Shown here piece after piece: positions 36,552 to 49,550 of a stretch of 64,000 bases of DNA (position 1 is the stretch's first letter; each line of letters starts with the position of its first letter). A program made the translations under genes and the position numbers. The notes beneath the pieces were generated by a model. That model searched no databases, was not told the origin of the DNA, and saw only the letters and a program-made list of their open reading frames with translations. Source of the stretch: Alphaproteobacteria bacterium (GTDB lineage Bacteria > Pseudomonadota > Alphaproteobacteria > UBA11136); NCBI GenBank assembly GCA_030739855.1, contig JASLYJ010000004.1, forward strand, positions 12,342 to 76,341. Direction: 5' to 3'.

Positions 36552-37817
36552 ATGAACAAGTCCAGCGGCGGCGATCCTAAAAACACCCTCTATTGCTCTT
36601 TCTGCGGTAAAAGCCAGCACGAGGTGCGCAAACTCATTGCTGGCCCAACGGTGTTCATTTGTGATGAATGCGTTGAACTGTGCATGGACATCATCCGCGA
36701 GGAACACAAGTCCACCTTGGTCAAGTCGGATAACGGCGTTCCTACCCCGACTGAGGTTTGCAAGGTCCTTAATGACTACGTAATCGGCCAAGACCATGCT
36801 AAGCGCGTCCTCTCGGTCGCCGTGCACAACCATTACAAGCGCCTGGCTCAGGGCTCCAAGGCCAGAGATGTGGAACTAGCGAAATCCAACATCCTGCTCA
36901 TCGGTCCCACCGGTTGCGGCAAGACCTTGTTGGCGGAGACCTTGGCCCGCATCATCGACGTTCCCTTCACTATGGCAGATGCTACTACCCTGACTGAGGC
37001 CGGCTATGTGGGTGAGGATGTGGAGAACATCATCCTCAAGCTTCTTCAGGCCGCCGATTATAATGTAGAACGGGCGCAGCGCGGCATCGTCTATATCGAT
37101 GAGGTGGACAAGATCAGTCGCAAGTCAGACAACCCATCCATTACCCGCGACGTGTCGGGCGAGGGTGTGCAACAGGCACTTCTCAAGATCATGGAAGGTA
37201 CTGTAGCCAGTGTGCCTCCCCAGGGCGGCCGCAAGCATCCACAACAGGAATTTCTCCAAGTGGACACCACCGATATCCTATTCGTCTGCGGTGGCGCCTT
37301 CGCCGGGCTGGAAAAGATTATCACCGCCCGTGGCAAGGGTTCGTCCATCGGCTTTGGCGCCGATGTGCGGAGCCCCGATGACCGCCAGACAGGCGAAGTT
37401 CTGCTCAACGTGGAGCCCGAGGACCTTTTGAAATTCGGTCTTATTCCAGAATTTATCGGTCGTCTGCCGGTGGTTGCCACTCTCAACGACCTCGATGAGG
37501 ATGCGCTGGTGGAGATTCTTACCGAGCCCAAGAACGCCCTAGTAAAACAATATCAGCAGCTGTTCGAGATTGAAGGTGTCCACCTTGAGCTCACCGTGGA
37601 TGCGCTGCGGGGCATTTCCGAGAAGGCTCTGGCGCGCAAGACCGGGGCTCGCGGCCTGCGCTCCATCATAGAGCATATCCTGCTCGACACCATGTTCGAG
37701 CTTCCAGGCCTATCCGGGGTGGAAGAAATCGTCATCAATCGTGAAGTAATCGAGGGGCGTGCCAAGCCCCTTTATATCTACGCGGAAAGACAGGAAGATA
37801 TTGGGTCGAGCGCCTGA
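36552..37817 (+). CDS. clpX: ATP-dependent Clp protease ATP-binding subunit ClpX
   Basis: Zinc-binding [26 protein letters not shown]. Walker [19 protein letters not shown]. Confidence 0.97.
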   Translation: MNKSSGGDPKNTLYCSFCGKSQHEVRKLIAGPTVFICDECVELCMDIIREEHKSTLVKSDNGVPTPTEVCKVLNDYVIGQDHAKRVLSVAVHNHYKRLAQGSKARDVELAKSNILLIGPTGCGKTLLAETLARIIDVPFTMADATTLTEAGYVGEDVENIILKLLQAADYNVERAQRGIVYIDEVDKISRKSDNPSITRDVSGEGVQQALLKIMEGTVASVPPQGGRKHPQQEFLQVDTTDILFVCGGAFAGLEKIITARGKGSSIGFGADVRSPDDRQTGEVLLNVEPEDLLKFGLIPEFIGRLPVVATLNDLDEDALVEILTEPKNALVKQYQQLFEIEGVHLELTVDALRGISEKALARKTGARGLRSIIEHILLDTMFELPGLSGVEEIVINREVIEGRAKPLYIYAERQEDIGSSA

Positions 37818-38026
37818 TAATCGTGTCTTCTTTTCCGAGACCTCTTGACCCGGTTGTGTTTGAATGCCACCTAAAGAACAGGTTAACCCAAAGGGCGACT
37901 CATAAGCTGTTGTGGCAAGGTTCCCGTAGATTTTTTGCATCATTGCCCAGCGAAGACGCTTTATAAAGACGCTAACTTGAGGAAAGATCTCCCATATTTC
38001 TATCCGGTAATGAGGTAGAATCCAGT

Positions 38027-40411
38027 ATGAATACAGTCTATTCGATACTTCCGCTTCGCGACATCGTGGTCTTCCCACATATGATTGTGCCCCTATTCGT
38101 GGGCCGCGAAAAGTCTGTACGCGCCCTCGAAGACGTTATGCAGGAAGACAAGCAAGTTCTCCTTGTGGCCCAGAAAAACGCCACCCAGGACGACCCCGAG
38201 ACCGAGGATATCTACACCGTGGGAACCGTGGGCACGGTGCTTCAGCTTCTCAAGCTTCCTGATGGGACCGTAAAGGTTCTAGTGGAGGGCGGTGAGCGCG
38301 CTCGTATCACGGGCTATGTCGATAACAAGGATTTCTTCCAGGCCCATGCCGAGATCATCTCCGAACATAAGGGCGATGATCAGGAGTTGGAAGCTCTGTC
38401 GCGGACGGTCATCGCCCAGTTCGAGCAGTACATAAAGCTCAACCGCAAAATCCCACCAGAGGTCATGGTCTCCATCAATCAAATAGACAATTTTTACCAG
38501 CTGGCCGATACGGTGGCCTCCCACCTAGCGCTGAAGATTCCCGAAAAACAGAAGTTGCTGGAAACCGCCAAAGTTAACGAGCGGCTGGAAAAGATTTATT
38601 CCTATATGGAAGATGAGATCGGTGTTCTCCAGGTGGAAAAACGCATCCGCAACCGGGTCAAGCGCCAAATGGACAAGACCCAGCGCGAGTACTATCTCAA
38701 CGAACAGATGAAGGCGATCCAGAAAGAGTTAGGTGAGATCGACGAGAGTTGCGATGAAGTGTCCGAGATTGAGGATAAGATCGAAACTACTAAGCTTAGC
38801 AAGGAAGCCAGGGAGAAAGCCCTGGGCGAGGTCAAAAAATTGCGCTCCATGAGTCCAATGTCCGCTGAGGCCACGGTGGTGCGCAATTACCTCGACTGGA
38901 TGCTTTCCCTGCCCTGGGGCAAACGCACCCGAGGCAATCGCGACCTTCAGAAGGCTATGAAGATTCTCGATGATGATCACTACGGACTGGAGAAGGTTAA
39001 GGAACGCATCGTCGAATATCTTGCCGTCCAACTTCGTATGAGAAAGCTCAAGGGACCGATTCTGTGCCTAGTGGGTCCGCCAGGCGTAGGCAAGACATCT
39101 CTTGGCAAGTCCGTTGCCAGGGCTACAGGACGTAAATTCGTCCGTATGTCCCTGGGCGGCGTGCGCGACGAATCCGAAATCCGTGGCCATCGTCGCACCT
39201 ATATAGGGTCCATGCCGGGCAAGATTATCCAGTCCATGAAGAAAGCTAAATCCAACAACCCCTTGTTCCTTCTAGATGAGGTGGACAAATTGGGTTCCGA
39301 TTGGCGCGGCGATCCCTCCTCAGCTTTACTGGAAGTTCTCGACCCCGAACAAAACGTGGCCTTCAATGACCACTATCTCGAAGTGGACTATGACCTTTCC
39401 GACGTAATGTTCGTCACCACCGCTAATACCACGCGCATGCTTCCGCCGTTGTTCGACCGCATGGAGATCATCCATCTTTCGGGATACACCGAGGATGAAA
39501 AAGTGGAGATAGCGAAACGCCATCTCATTCCTAAACAGATCAAGGGGCACGGTCTGAAAAAAGGGGAATGGTCGATTTCGGATTCTGCCATCCGCCACAT
39601 TATCCGTTATTACACGCGCGAGGCCGGGGTTCGTAACCTCGAGCGTGAGATTGCCAACCTGACCCGCAAAGCCGTGAAGGACGTGCTCATGAGCGGTAAG
39701 AAAAAGGTTAGCGTGACCGCCCGCAATCTCTCTAAATACGCTGGTATCCACCGTTACCGTTATGGTGAAGTGGAAGAGGAGAACATGGTCGGCGTGGCTA
39801 CGGGTCTGGCATGGACCGAGGTGGGCGGCGAACTGCTCTCCATCGAGGCGGTGGTTATGCCTGGCAAGGGCGATGTGGCCCATACCGGGACGCTCGGGGA
39901 CGTGATGAAGGAATCGGTTCAGGCTGCCCGCAGCTATGTGCGTTCACGCGCCGTAGCCTTCGGCATCAAGCCTACAGTATTTGAGAAAAGTGATATCCAC
40001 GTCCACGTACCTGAAGGCGCAACACCTAAGGATGGGCCGTCTGCGGGTGTCGCTATGTGCACATCTATTGTCTCCGCCCTGACAGGAATCCCGGTGCACA
40101 AGGACATCGCCACGACTGGAGAAATCACCCTTCGTGGCCGTATCCTGCCCATTGGCGGGCTAAAGGAAAAGCTCCTGGCCGCTTTGCGCGGGGGTATCAA
40201 GACCGTGATTATTCCCCAGGAAAATGAAAAGGATCTTGCTGAGATTCCCAACAATGTAAAACGCGATCTCGACATCATCCCTACGAACACCGTAGACGAA
40301 GTACTAGAAAAAGCCCTGGTGTCTCCGCTGGTCCCCATCGAATGGGCGGAGTCTGAGCAGCTTCTCGAGAGCAAAAAGGACGAATCTCAGGGAAACATCA
40401 TCACTCATTAG
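38027..40411 (+). CDS. lon: Lon protease
   Basis: LPLRDIVVFPHMIVPLFVGR, GPPGVGKTS, and protease Ser motif PKDGPSAGV. Confidence 0.97.
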   Translation: MNTVYSILPLRDIVVFPHMIVPLFVGREKSVRALEDVMQEDKQVLLVAQKNATQDDPETEDIYTVGTVGTVLQLLKLPDGTVKVLVEGGERARITGYVDNKDFFQAHAEIISEHKGDDQELEALSRTVIAQFEQYIKLNRKIPPEVMVSINQIDNFYQLADTVASHLALKIPEKQKLLETAKVNERLEKIYSYMEDEIGVLQVEKRIRNRVKRQMDKTQREYYLNEQMKAIQKELGEIDESCDEVSEIEDKIETTKLSKEAREKALGEVKKLRSMSPMSAEATVVRNYLDWMLSLPWGKRTRGNRDLQKAMKILDDDHYGLEKVKERIVEYLAVQLRMRKLKGPILCLVGPPGVGKTSLGKSVARATGRKFVRMSLGGVRDESEIRGHRRTYIGSMPGKIIQSMKKAKSNNPLFLLDEVDKLGSDWRGDPSSALLEVLDPEQNVAFNDHYLEVDYDLSDVMFVTTANTTRMLPPLFDRMEIIHLSGYTEDEKVEIAKRHLIPKQIKGHGLKKGEWSISDSAIRHIIRYYTREAGVRNLEREIANLTRKAVKDVLMSGKKKVSVTARNLSKYAGIHRYRYGEVEEENMVGVATGLAWTEVGGELLSIEAVVMPGKGDVAHTGTLGDVMKESVQAARSYVRSRAVAFGIKPTVFEKSDIHVHVPEGATPKDGPSAGVAMCTSIVSALTGIPVHKDIATTGEITLRGRILPIGGLKEKLLAALRGGIKTVIIPQENEKDLAEIPNNVKRDLDIIPTNTVDEVLEKALVSPLVPIEWAESEQLLESKKDESQGNIITH

Positions 40412-40616
40412 CTAAAAAAATCCTGTCTTTTCAATCAAAGACCGCAAAAAGCTGGGGGTAGAGCTACTTGCGTGATTGACGGGGTTGTTTTTCCCGCACT
40501 AAACTCCCCATCTTGTAGGGTTGTAGGGCTTGCCAGTCTTTTGGATTGGCCACGCTGCTGTTCCTGGAGTCCCATATTGTTCTTCGTATTAAGTTCCATT
40601 CAGAGGAGGGAATAAA

Positions 40617-40889
40617 GTGAATAAAAATGATCTCGTAACATCAGTTGCTTCTAGAACAAGCCTTTCCAAGGCAGATGCGGCAAGAGCAATCGATGCCACC
40701 TTGGCTTCGGTTACTTCTTCCTTGAGAGGGGGGAGTGAAGTAAGGCTCGTCGGTTTTGGTACATTCAGCGTCAGCAATCGTAAGGCTTCGCGGGGAAGAA
40801 ACCCCCGAACCGGAGCCGTCATTCAAATCCCCGCTTGTCGAGTTCCCAAGTTCAGGGCTGGCAAGGCGTTGAAGGCTGCTGTTAACTAG
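40617..40889 (+). CDS. hupB: HU family DNA-binding protein
   Basis: 90 aa. MNKNDLV..., GFGTFSVSNRKASRGRNPRTGAVIQIPA, PKFRAGKALK. GTG start after GAGGAGGG. Confidence 0.93.
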   Translation: MNKNDLVTSVASRTSLSKADAARAIDATLASVTSSLRGGSEVRLVGFGTFSVSNRKASRGRNPRTGAVIQIPACRVPKFRAGKALKAAVN

Positions 40890-40930
40890 TTTTATTGAAT
40901 CTTCTAGATTATTCCCAAGGTGGTTCACGT

Positions 40931-40975
40931 AGAATGCCGGCCGTATGGAAACGGTCGGCATTCTGCGTTTGTTTG
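40931..40975 (+). terminator. Intrinsic terminator of hupB
   Basis: AGAATGCCGGCCGT-ATGGAA-ACGGTCGGCATTCT (one G-U pair) followed by GCGTTTGTTTG. Confidence 0.7.
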
Positions 40976-41017
40976 TAGCGCTCTTTTTCGTTTTGTTGTG
41001 AATGGGGGCGTCTTACC

Positions 41018-41093
41018 GGGCGGTTAGCTCAGCTGGGAGAGCGCCACGTTTACACCGTGGATGTCGGCGGTTCGATCCCGTCACCGCCCACCA
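41018..41093 (+). tRNA. tRNA-Val (TAC)
   Basis: Acceptor GGGCGGT/ACCGCCC. Anticodon loop TTTACAC. GGTTCGATCCC. CCA. Confidence 0.95.
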
Positions 41094-41269
41094 TCCTTCC
41101 CACCTTTAGACGGCTTTGTTGGTTCCTGTTCACATGATCCGGGGAGGTCGCTTGACAACTCGTCGTGGGGTAAAGTAGTAGAGGCTCTTCCCACGTATCC
41201 GCCACGCCAAAGGCCGTTTCCCAAGGAGCAATCACGTTTCTTTTCCGGCCCGGAGGACGCGCCGCATAG

Positions 41270-41346
<77 letters not shown>

Positions 41347-41582
41347 TTGCCTTCCATTTCTTTTGGTTTGACCTTGGACTACGAACTGAATCTCACCGTC
41401 GTGGAACGACCCATCGATGTCATTGTTCTCGGTTATTGTGATTAGCGCGTTAGCAGAATAGATGTCCGAATTTGCGCATGACACAAAAAGTGATTTCTCT
41501 CCCGGCTAAGGAGGCCTGGCGTGAAATATGGGAGTCTATATCCAAAAAATACCACATTTCATGTTTTGGGGCGTAAACCGGC

Positions 41583-41611
41583 TTTCAATCGTCAAACCCG
41601 GTTTCTATAAT
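41583..41611 (+). promoter_or_regulatory. Candidate sigma70 promoter for the nuo operon
   Basis: TTTCAA-17 nt-TATAAT, about 115 nt upstream of the nuoA GTG. The -35 matches only 3/6. Confidence 0.3.
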
Positions 41612-41725
41612 GCTAGGGAATCTGTGCTGTGGCGGGCGATGCGGCAGTGATTCTGTAATGTTTTATATAGGATATTGCACCAGAAACTCACTCCGCTCTC
41701 TAGGGCGTCCATCAGGGGAAAAAGC

Positions 41726-42094
41726 GTGCTTGATGCTATTCTCTCCCAATATCTGCCGGTTCTGATTTTCTTCCTGATAGCCTTTGCCATCGCCATCATC
41801 GCGGTGGTGGCATCTTGGCTGTTGGCTCCGCAGCGGCCCGATTCCGAAAAGCTGTCTTCCTACGAATGTGGGTTTGAACCCTTCGACGATTCCAGGGGGC
41901 GTTTCGACGTCCGTTTTTATTTGGTAGCCCTGCTCTTCATCATTTTCGACTTGGAGGTAGCCTTTCTTTTCCCTTGGGCCGTTTCGCTGGGGGATATTGG
42001 ACTTTTCGGGTTTTGGTCCATGGTCTCTTTTCTTGTCATCCTGATCGTCGGATTTATCTATGAATGGCGAAAGGGAGCCTTGGAATGGGAATAA
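41726..42094 (+). CDS. nuoA: NADH-quinone oxidoreductase subunit A
   Basis: [12 protein letters not shown] and [15 protein letters not shown] 41726 gives 122 aa; the ORF opens at 41675. Confidence 0.93.
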   Translation: MLDAILSQYLPVLIFFLIAFAIAIIAVVASWLLAPQRPDSEKLSSYECGFEPFDDSRGRFDVRFYLVALLFIIFDLEVAFLFPWAVSLGDIGLFGFWSMVSFLVILIVGFIYEWRKGALEWE

Positions 42095-42627
42095 TCTCCA
42101 CACCCTCCAACGTCTCACTTGGTGGAGAACGGCAGGATGCCCTAACAAAGGGCATGGACATGGAACTGGTCGAGAAAGGCTTCTTCGTCACCAAGTTCAC
42201 CCACCTTGTCAATTGGGCGCGAACCGGTTCTCTGTGGCCCATGACTTTTGGTCTAGCCTGTTGCGCCGTTGAGATGATGCAATCCGCGGCCAGTCGCTAC
42301 GACCTCGATCGTTTCGGAATCGTCTTTAGGCCCAGCCCGCGTCAGTCTGACGTGATGATTGTAGCCGGGACCTTAACCAACAAAATGGCGCCGGCCTTGC
42401 GTAAGGTCTATGACCAGATGGCGGAGCCGCGCTGGGTAATTTCCATGGGAAGCTGCGCCAATGGCGGCGGTTATTACCATTATTCCTATTCCGTGGTACG
42501 CGGCTGCGACCGTATTGTGCCGGTGGATATCTATGTCCCCGGCTGTCCGCCTACTGCGGAAGCTCTTTTGTACGGGATTTTGCAGTTACAGAAAAAAATC
42601 CGCCGCACGGGGACTATCCTTCGATAG
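42085..42627 (+). CDS. nuoB: NADH-quinone oxidoreductase subunit B
   Basis: [24 protein letters not shown], and PGCPP. ATG 42085 follows AAGGGAG; the alternative is 42064. Confidence 0.93.
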   Translation: MGIISTPSNVSLGGERQDALTKGMDMELVEKGFFVTKFTHLVNWARTGSLWPMTFGLACCAVEMMQSAASRYDLDRFGIVFRPSPRQSDVMIVAGTLTNKMAPALRKVYDQMAEPRWVISMGSCANGGGYYHYSYSVVRGCDRIVPVDIYVPGCPPTAEALLYGILQLQKKIRRTGTILR

Positions 42628-42686
42628 GTTTTTAAACGGAAGCGGCAGGGACTGTGTGCTGCGAAGGCAGAGAGAACAACAACAAA

Positions 42687-43319
42687 ATGATGGAACAGGA
42701 GCTTCAGGACCTTCGTGATCACGTGTTGGTGGCTATGTCCGGCCACGTCTTGTCTTCGTGCGACGAAAAGGGCGAACTCATCTTTACTGTAAAACGAGAT
42801 TCCACCGTCCATGTATTGAACTTTCTGCGGGATGATAGCAGCTGCTTGTTCAAGGCACTGATCGATATTTGTGGCGTTGATTTTCCCGATCGTGATCCCC
42901 GCTTTGAAGTGGTGTACCAACTTCTCAGTCTAGCCCAGAACCAGCGCCTTAGGGTCAAGGTTGAGACCGACGAAGATACCCCTGTTCCTTCGGTTACGGG
43001 TATTTTTTCCTCAGCTGGATGGTTCGAAAGGGAAATCTGGGACCTATTCGGCATTTCCTTTTCCGGGCATCCAGATCTGCGCCGCATTCTCACAGATTAC
43101 GGTTTTGAGGGGCACCCTCTACGCAAGGATTTTCCTCTGACCGGTTACGTGGAGGTGCGTTACAACGACGAACAGAAGCGCGTGGTCTATGAACCGGTGA
43201 AACTGACCCAAGAATTCCGCAGTTTCGATTTCCTCAGCCCTTGGGAAGGCATGCAACAACTCCTTCCCGGAGATGAAAAAGCTGGGAACAGCGAAGAAAC
43301 TGAAGCGGGGGAGGAGTAG
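42687..43319 (+). CDS. nuoC: NADH-quinone oxidoreductase subunit C
   Basis: [45 protein letters not shown]. Confidence 0.95.
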   Translation: MMEQELQDLRDHVLVAMSGHVLSSCDEKGELIFTVKRDSTVHVLNFLRDDSSCLFKALIDICGVDFPDRDPRFEVVYQLLSLAQNQRLRVKVETDEDTPVPSVTGIFSSAGWFEREIWDLFGISFSGHPDLRRILTDYGFEGHPLRKDFPLTGYVEVRYNDEQKRVVYEPVKLTQEFRSFDFLSPWEGMQQLLPGDEKAGNSEETEAGEE

Positions 43320-43322
43320 ACT

Positions 43323-44501
43323 GTGGCGGAGCGCCAGATTCGCAACTATTCCATGAATTTCGGACCCCAGCATCCTGCGGCCCATGGGGTGCTGCGCCTT
43401 GTGCTTGAGCTCGACGGCGAGATCATAGACCGCGCCGATCCACATATTGGTTTATTACACAGGGGCACTGAGAAGCTCATCGAGCACAAGACCTACCTTC
43501 AGGCTGCACCCTATTTCGACCGGCTCGATTACGTAGCTCCTATGAACCAGGAACACGCCTATGCCCTAGCTGTAGAAAAGCTTCTCGGTATCGAGGCACC
43601 GCCGCGGGCGCAGTATATCCGTGTCCTTTACGGCGAGATCGGTCGCATTCTCAATCACCTGCTCAATATCTCTACATACGCCCTAGATGTGGGGGCGATG
43701 ACGCCGTTCCTGTGGATGTTTGAGGAGCGAGAAGTGCTGATGGAATTCTACGAGCGGGTTTCTGGCGCGCGCCTTCACGCCGCCTATTTCCGTCCCGGCG
43801 GCGTGCACAAGGACATGCCCGCGGGGTTGGCTGAAGACATTCTTGCCTTCGTGGAGCGTTTTCCACAGATCATCGATGATATCGAAAACCTGCTTACCGA
43901 AAATCGCATCTTCCGCCAGCGCACCGTGGATATCGGTGTTATCACCGGAGAACAGGCTTTGGACTGGGGATTTTCCGGCCCCTGCCTGCGGGCCTCCGGG
44001 CTGCCTTGGGACTTGCGCAGGTCCCAACCCTATGACGCCTATGAAGAGATAGATTTCGATGTGCCGGTGGGCAAGCACGGGGACTGTTTCGACCGCTATC
44101 TGGTACGTATCGAGGAAATGCGCCAAAGCCTGTCTATCATTCGCCAAGCTCTAGAGAGTATGCCCGAAGGCCCAGTTACGGTGGATGACCGCAAGATTTC
44201 TCCGCCCTCGCGTTCTGAAATGAAGAACTCTATGGAATCGCTGATCCATCACTTCAAGCTCTTTACCGAGGGTTATCACGTACCGAAAGGCGAAACCTAT
44301 ACCGCCGTGGAGGCACCCAAAGGTGAGTTCGGGGTCTATCTGGTGGCCGACGGAACTAACAAGCCGTACCGCTGCAAGATTCGGGCGCCGGGTTTTGCCT
44401 TTCTTCAGGCTCTTGATTTTATGGTTAGAGGACACATGCTGGCCGATGTGGTGGCCCTCATCGGTAGTCTCGATATAGTTTTTGGGGAAATCGACCGGTG
44501 A
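43323..44501 (+). CDS. nuoD: NADH-quinone oxidoreductase subunit D
   Basis: [27 protein letters not shown], and C-terminal VFGEIDR. Confidence 0.97.
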   Translation: MAERQIRNYSMNFGPQHPAAHGVLRLVLELDGEIIDRADPHIGLLHRGTEKLIEHKTYLQAAPYFDRLDYVAPMNQEHAYALAVEKLLGIEAPPRAQYIRVLYGEIGRILNHLLNISTYALDVGAMTPFLWMFEEREVLMEFYERVSGARLHAAYFRPGGVHKDMPAGLAEDILAFVERFPQIIDDIENLLTENRIFRQRTVDIGVITGEQALDWGFSGPCLRASGLPWDLRRSQPYDAYEEIDFDVPVGKHGDCFDRYLVRIEEMRQSLSIIRQALESMPEGPVTVDDRKISPPSRSEMKNSMESLIHHFKLFTEGYHVPKGETYTAVEAPKGEFGVYLVADGTNKPYRCKIRAPGFAFLQALDFMVRGHMLADVVALIGSLDIVFGEIDR

Positions 44502-45112
44502 GCAGGAAAACGGAAAATCCAGCGGGAAATAATACGCAGCCAAAAACCTTCGAGTTTTCGGCGAAAAATGCTGCGCGCATCCCAGATATCCTCAAACTTT
44601 ACCCCGCGGGATGCCAGGAAAGTGCCGTCATGCCACTGCTGACTCTGGCCCAGAGTCAGGCAGGCGGCTGGTTGCCGCAGGTGGCTATGGACCGGGTGGC
44701 GGAGATTCTCAGCATGGCGCCGATCCGCGTCTACGAGGTGGCCACCTTCTATTCCATGTACAACTTAGCACCGGTGGGAAAAAACTATTTGCAGGTCTGC
44801 ACTACCACGCCGTGCTGGCTACGTGGTTCCGATAAAATCGTTTCCTCATGCCGTAAGATTCTCGACATTGGTCTGGGAGAGACCACCAAGGACGGGGAAT
44901 TTACTTTGGGTGAGGTGGAATGTCTCGGTGCTTGTGTTAATGCACCGGTTCTCATGATCAACGATGATTATTTCGAGGATCTAGATTCAGCTCGTATGGA
45001 ATCCATTCTTACCCAGCTTAAGCGAGGGGACAAACCACAGGCTGGGTCAAAGTCTAGTCGTCGCGGTGCAGCGCTGGCTCACGATTCCAAAAAAGCTAGG
45101 AGAAAAAGCTGA
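44498..45112 (+). CDS. nuoE: NADH-quinone oxidoreductase subunit E
   Basis: [21 protein letters not shown], and [10 protein letters not shown] (2Fe-2S). Confidence 0.95.
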   Translation: MSRKTENPAGNNTQPKTFEFSAKNAARIPDILKLYPAGCQESAVMPLLTLAQSQAGGWLPQVAMDRVAEILSMAPIRVYEVATFYSMYNLAPVGKNYLQVCTTTPCWLRGSDKIVSSCRKILDIGLGETTKDGEFTLGEVECLGACVNAPVLMINDDYFEDLDSARMESILTQLKRGDKPQAGSKSSRRGAALAHDSKKARRKS

Positions 45113-46431
45113 TGTTGCGCGATTCAGAACGCATCTTCACCAATCTCTACGGGCATTCCGACTGGCGTTTGCGTGGCGCCCGTAAGCGTGGCGACTGGGA
45201 CGAAACAAAGGAAATTCTCGTCCGGGGACGGGACTGGATTGTCAACGAGATCAAGGCCTCTGGCCTGCGCGGACGCGGCGGTGCGGGCTTTTCCACCGGC
45301 ATGAAATGGTCCTTCATGCCCAAGGGAACAGATGGACGGCCCCACTACCTTGTCATTAATGCTGACGAAGGAGAACCTGGCACCTGCAAGGACCGCGAGA
45401 TCATCCGTCATGACCCCCATAAACTGGTGGAAGGAGCGTTGATCGCCGGTTTTGCCACTGGTGCCAACACCGCCTACATTTATATCCGTGGGGAATTCCA
45501 CGCTGAGGCCCTGCGCCTCCAATTCGCCGTTGACGAGGCCCGCAAGGCCGGCCTGATCGGTAAGAACGCTTGCAAGTCTGGATGGGATTTAGAAATTTAC
45601 CTTCACCACGGGGCCGGCGCCTACGTTTGCGGTGAAGAGACGGCTTTGCTGGAGAGCCTTGAAGGTAAAAAAGGCCAACCCCGCATGAAACCTCCGTTCC
45701 CGACCACTGTTGGTCTTTATGGCTGCCCCACTATTGTTAACAATGTGGAAACCATTGCTGTGGTGCCTGAAATTATTCGCCGTGGGGCGGGCTGGTTTGC
45801 CTCGCTTGGCCGACTCAAGAGCACGGGGACAAAGCTGTTTTGCATTTCCGGTCATGTGAACCTGCCCTGCACCGTGGAGGAGGAGATGGGTATTCCCCTG
45901 CGGGAACTCATCGAAAAGCATGCTGGCGGTGTGCACAGCGGGTGGGACAATCTCTTGGCGGTGATCCCCGGCGGCTCTTCCACGGCGCTTTTACCGAAAC
46001 ATATTTGCGATACCCTGCTTATGGATTTTGACTCTCTGCGCGAGGTACAGTCAGGTCTGGGTACCGCGGGGGTTATCGTTATGGATAAATCCACCGATAT
46101 TGTCCGTGCTATCACCCGACTGTCCAAGTTCTACAAGCATGAATCATGCGGTCAGTGTACGCCCTGTCGCGAGGGTACGGGCTGGCTATGGCGGATGATG
46201 GAAAAACTTGCAGTGGGGGATGCACGGATTGAGGACATCGACATAATCGATGAAGTCACCCGCCAGATTGAGGGTCACACCATCTGCGCCTTGGGTGATG
46301 CAGCGGCATGGCCTATCCAGGGGCTGATCCGTCATTTCCGACCAGAACTCGAAAACAGGATCGCCGCCCATGATCTCACCATCGCTACGCCGGCTGCCAT
46401 CCAGGCCGAAGATCTTCCGGAAGCAATCTAG
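45112..46431 (+). CDS. nuoF: NADH-quinone oxidoreductase subunit F
   Basis: [35 protein letters not shown], and [12 protein letters not shown]. Confidence 0.97.
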   Translation: MLRDSERIFTNLYGHSDWRLRGARKRGDWDETKEILVRGRDWIVNEIKASGLRGRGGAGFSTGMKWSFMPKGTDGRPHYLVINADEGEPGTCKDREIIRHDPHKLVEGALIAGFATGANTAYIYIRGEFHAEALRLQFAVDEARKAGLIGKNACKSGWDLEIYLHHGAGAYVCGEETALLESLEGKKGQPRMKPPFPTTVGLYGCPTIVNNVETIAVVPEIIRRGAGWFASLGRLKSTGTKLFCISGHVNLPCTVEEEMGIPLRELIEKHAGGVHSGWDNLLAVIPGGSSTALLPKHICDTLLMDFDSLREVQSGLGTAGVIVMDKSTDIVRAITRLSKFYKHESCGQCTPCREGTGWLWRMMEKLAVGDARIEDIDIIDEVTRQIEGHTICALGDAAAWPIQGLIRHFRPELENRIAAHDLTIATPAAIQAEDLPEAI

Positions 46432-46444
46432 GGAAAGGACACTT

Positions 46445-48532
46445 ATGCCGAGGGTCACGATCAACGACATAGAAATAAAGGTGGATGCTGGGCTGACCGT
46501 GCTTCAGGCTTGTGAGGTGGCTGGCATTGAAATTCCCCGCTTTTGCTATCACGAACGCTTGTCTATCTCCGGAAACTGCCGCATGTGCTTGGTGGAAATG
46601 GAACCCTCACCTCGACCGATTGCTTCCTGCGCTATGCCGGTGACCGATGGCATGGTAGTTCGCACAAATACGCCAATGGTGGAAAAAGCGCGTAGGAGTG
46701 CATTGGAATTCCTTCTCATCAACCATCCACTGGATTGTCCCGTCTGCGGCCAGGCCGGCGAATGTGATCTTCAGGACATCACCGTAGCCTATGGCGCCAA
46801 TCAAAGCCGCTTCCAGGAGAACAAGCGGGCGGTGCCGGACAAGGATTTTGGTCCCTTGGTGGCCTCCGCCATGACCCGCTGTATTCATTGCACCCGCTGT
46901 ATTCGTTTTTCCACCGAGGTGGCGGGCGTTGAGGAAATGGGCGCCACGGGCCGTGGCGAAAACGCTGAGGTGGGCACCTATGTGGAAATGGCGCTGAGTT
47001 CGGAACTTTCGGGTAATATGATCGATATGTGTCCGGTGGGGGCGCTCACCTCCGGGCCCTACGCCTTCAGCGCCCGTAACTGGGAGCTCCGCCACACCGA
47101 GACCATTGATGTCCTGGACGCCGTGGGCAGTAATATCCGGGTGGATTCCCGCGGTAACGAGGTTATGCGCGTTCTGCCCCGCCTTAACGAGGATGTAAAC
47201 GAAGAATGGATTTCCGATAAGGCCAGGTTTGCCTATGACGGGTTGAAATGCCAGCGTTTAGACCGTCCTTACGTTCGCGAGAATGGACGCTTACGTGAGA
47301 CAAGCTGGGACGAGGCCTTTGCCGCCATCGCCGACCGCATCGGCAAAATCATGGGAGCCAAGGGCCGGAAAATCGCCGCCATCGCCGGTGACTTGGCGTG
47401 CTGTGAGTCCATACAGGCGTTAAAAGACATTATGACGGCCTTCAAGTCGCCCCATATGGACTGCCGCCAGAGTGGCGCCCAGCTCGATCCGAGGGTGCGT
47501 GCAGGGTATCTGTTTAATACAAGTATCGCCAATATCGAGGATGCAGATTTATGTCTGCTGATCGGTAGTAACCCCCGGTATGAGGCGCCCATCATCAATG
47601 CCCGCCTGCGCAAACGCTATCTCATGGGTGGGTTTTCCGTTGCCCTCGTGGGGTCCAAGGCCGATCTTACCTACAGTTATGAATATCTGGGCTCCAGCCC
47701 ACATATCTTGGAACAGATTCTTTCCCGTTCCCATATGTTCGCGGAACTCATGGACGTTGCTCAGAAGCCTATGCTGATTCTGGGGCAGGGGGCACTGGTC
47801 CGTCCCGATGGCTCAGCAGTTCTGGCCACCACCCGCAATCTGGCAAACAAGTTCGGCCTGGTGAGCCACGGCTGGAACGGCTTCAATGTTCTGCATACAG
47901 CCGCTTCCTGTGTGGGAGGACTGGACCTTGGCTTTGTTCCTGAGGAGGATGGCCGTAATGTTGCCGGTATCCTCCAAGGCGCGGAAAGTGGCGAGGTAGA
48001 GGTGGTTTACCTGCTCGGTGCCGACGAAATCAATACTACTGAGCTTGGCTCTGCCTTTGTGATCTATCAGGGGCATCACGGTGATGCCGGGGCCGCAGCC
48101 GCGGATGTGGTGCTTCCTGGGGCGGCCTATACGGAGAAGGACGCCACCTACGTTAGCACCGAGGGTCGGGTGCAGCAGACCCATCTTGCGGTGCACCCAC
48201 CTGGCCAGGCCCGTCCCGACTGGATGATTTTGCGCGCCTTGTCACACGCTCTGGGCAAGAAGACGCATTATGACACCCTGGAAGAACTGCGTGCGCATAT
48301 GGTTCACACCAACGCCGTTTTTGCCGAGGTAGACGTGGCCGCTGCCAACCGCACGGCAAGGACCGAGTGGACCGCCTTCGGTACCACCGGTGAGATGAAT
48401 GCCTCACCCTTCATCAACGCGGTGGAAAACTTTTACATGACCGACCCCATCAGTCGCGCCTCCAAAACCATGGCGCGCTGCACCAACACTTTCCATGTTC
48501 CCTACCTCAACATTACGGGCACCAATGGCTGA
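46445..48532 (+). CDS. nuoG: NADH-quinone oxidoreductase subunit G
   Basis: [40 protein letters not shown], and [13 protein letters not shown] 46445 follows GGAAAGGA; the ORF opens at 46370. Confidence 0.96.
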   Translation: MPRVTINDIEIKVDAGLTVLQACEVAGIEIPRFCYHERLSISGNCRMCLVEMEPSPRPIASCAMPVTDGMVVRTNTPMVEKARRSALEFLLINHPLDCPVCGQAGECDLQDITVAYGANQSRFQENKRAVPDKDFGPLVASAMTRCIHCTRCIRFSTEVAGVEEMGATGRGENAEVGTYVEMALSSELSGNMIDMCPVGALTSGPYAFSARNWELRHTETIDVLDAVGSNIRVDSRGNEVMRVLPRLNEDVNEEWISDKARFAYDGLKCQRLDRPYVRENGRLRETSWDEAFAAIADRIGKIMGAKGRKIAAIAGDLACCESIQALKDIMTAFKSPHMDCRQSGAQLDPRVRAGYLFNTSIANIEDADLCLLIGSNPRYEAPIINARLRKRYLMGGFSVALVGSKADLTYSYEYLGSSPHILEQILSRSHMFAELMDVAQKPMLILGQGALVRPDGSAVLATTRNLANKFGLVSHGWNGFNVLHTAASCVGGLDLGFVPEEDGRNVAGILQGAESGEVEVVYLLGADEINTTELGSAFVIYQGHHGDAGAAAADVVLPGAAYTEKDATYVSTEGRVQQTHLAVHPPGQARPDWMILRALSHALGKKTHYDTLEELRAHMVHTNAVFAEVDVAAANRTARTEWTAFGTTGEMNASPFINAVENFYMTDPISRASKTMARCTNTFHVPYLNITGTNG

Positions 48533-49550
48533 ACTTTGGCAAGAATACCTTCTGCCGCTGATCATTATCGTGGCCAAGATCCTGGTCATCGTGGTGCCCC
48601 TGCTGATCTGTGTGGCCTACCTCACCTATGTTGAGCGCAAGGTGATCGGCGCCATACAGCTTCGCAAGGGGCCTAACGTGGTGGGGCCTTTCGGGCTGTT
48701 ACAGCCCTTTGCCGATGGGCTTAAGTTGCTGATGAAAGAAACTGTAGTGCCAAGCAGCGCCGACCAGGTGGTTTTCGTGTTTGCGCCCATACTCACCTTT
48801 ACCCTGGGGTTGGCGGCTTGGGCGGTGATTCCCTTCGGCCAGGGGCTGGTTCTGGCCGACATCAATGTAGGGATTCTCTACCTCTTCGCCATTTCCTCCC
48901 TAGGCGTCTATGGCATCATCATGGCCGGTTGGTCGAGCAATTCTAGATACGCTTTTCTCGGTGCCCTGCGCTCAGCGGCGCAGATGATCTCCTACGAGGT
49001 CTCCATCGGCTTCATCATCATCACGGTGCTACTCTGTGTGGGTTCTCTTAATCTTACTGACATCATCATGGCCCAGAAGAGCGTCTGGTTCGCTATCCCG
49101 CTTTTCCCCATGTTCGTAGTGTTCTTTGTCTCTGCCCTGGCCGAGACAAACCGCACACCTTTCGACCTTCCCGAGGCGGAGGCCGAACTGGTAGCCGGAT
49201 ACAACGTAGAATATTCGGCCATGACCTTCGCGCTCTTCTTTCTTGGCGAATACGCAAACATGATTCTCATGAGCGCTATGGCCGTGGTCCTATTTTTTGG
49301 CGGCTGGCTGCCACCCTTTGACGTGGCGCCCTTTACTCTGATTCCAGGCCCTGTGTGGTTCCTGATCAAGATCATGATCATACTTTTTATTTTTCTGTGG
49401 GTGCGTGCCACATTCCCGCGCTACCGCTACGACCAGCTCATGCACCTAGGATGGAAGGTATTCTTGCCCCTGTCCCTGGTCTGGGTGGTATTGACGGCCG
49501 GGGTTCTGATCTTCACCGGCTGGTTGCCCCTGGCGGGAGGCACCTTATGA
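48525..49550 (+). CDS. nuoH: NADH-quinone oxidoreductase subunit H
   Basis: [51 protein letters not shown] overlap with nuoG. Confidence 0.96.
   Translation: MAELWQEYLLPLIIIVAKILVIVVPLLICVAYLTYVERKVIGAIQLRKGPNVVGPFGLLQPFADGLKLLMKETVVPSSADQVVFVFAPILTFTLGLAAWAVIPFGQGLVLADINVGILYLFAISSLGVYGIIMAGWSSNSRYAFLGALRSAAQMISYEVSIGFIIITVLLCVGSLNLTDIIMAQKSVWFAIPLFPMFVVFFVSALAETNRTPFDLPEAEAELVAGYNVEYSAMTFALFFLGEYANMILMSAMAVVLFFGGWLPPFDVAPFTLIPGPVWFLIKIMIILFIFLWVRATFPRYRYDQLMHLGWKVFLPLSLVWVVLTAGVLIFTGWLPLAGGTL

Noticed and set aside
33108-40528. Two similar 8-bp perfect tandem doublets: TTGATAGG x2 (33108-33123) and TTGTAGGG x2 (40513-40528, upstream of hupB).
   Set aside because: They are too short and too different to claim a shared motif without genome-wide statistics.
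41521-41610. 29-codon ORF (GTG) with a strong AAGGAGG 6 nt upstream, in the nuoA leader region.
   Set aside because: It is short and I have no conservation evidence. Its stop overlaps the candidate nuo -10 box. It could be a chance SD. Worth a glance in Ribo-seq but not reportable as a gene.
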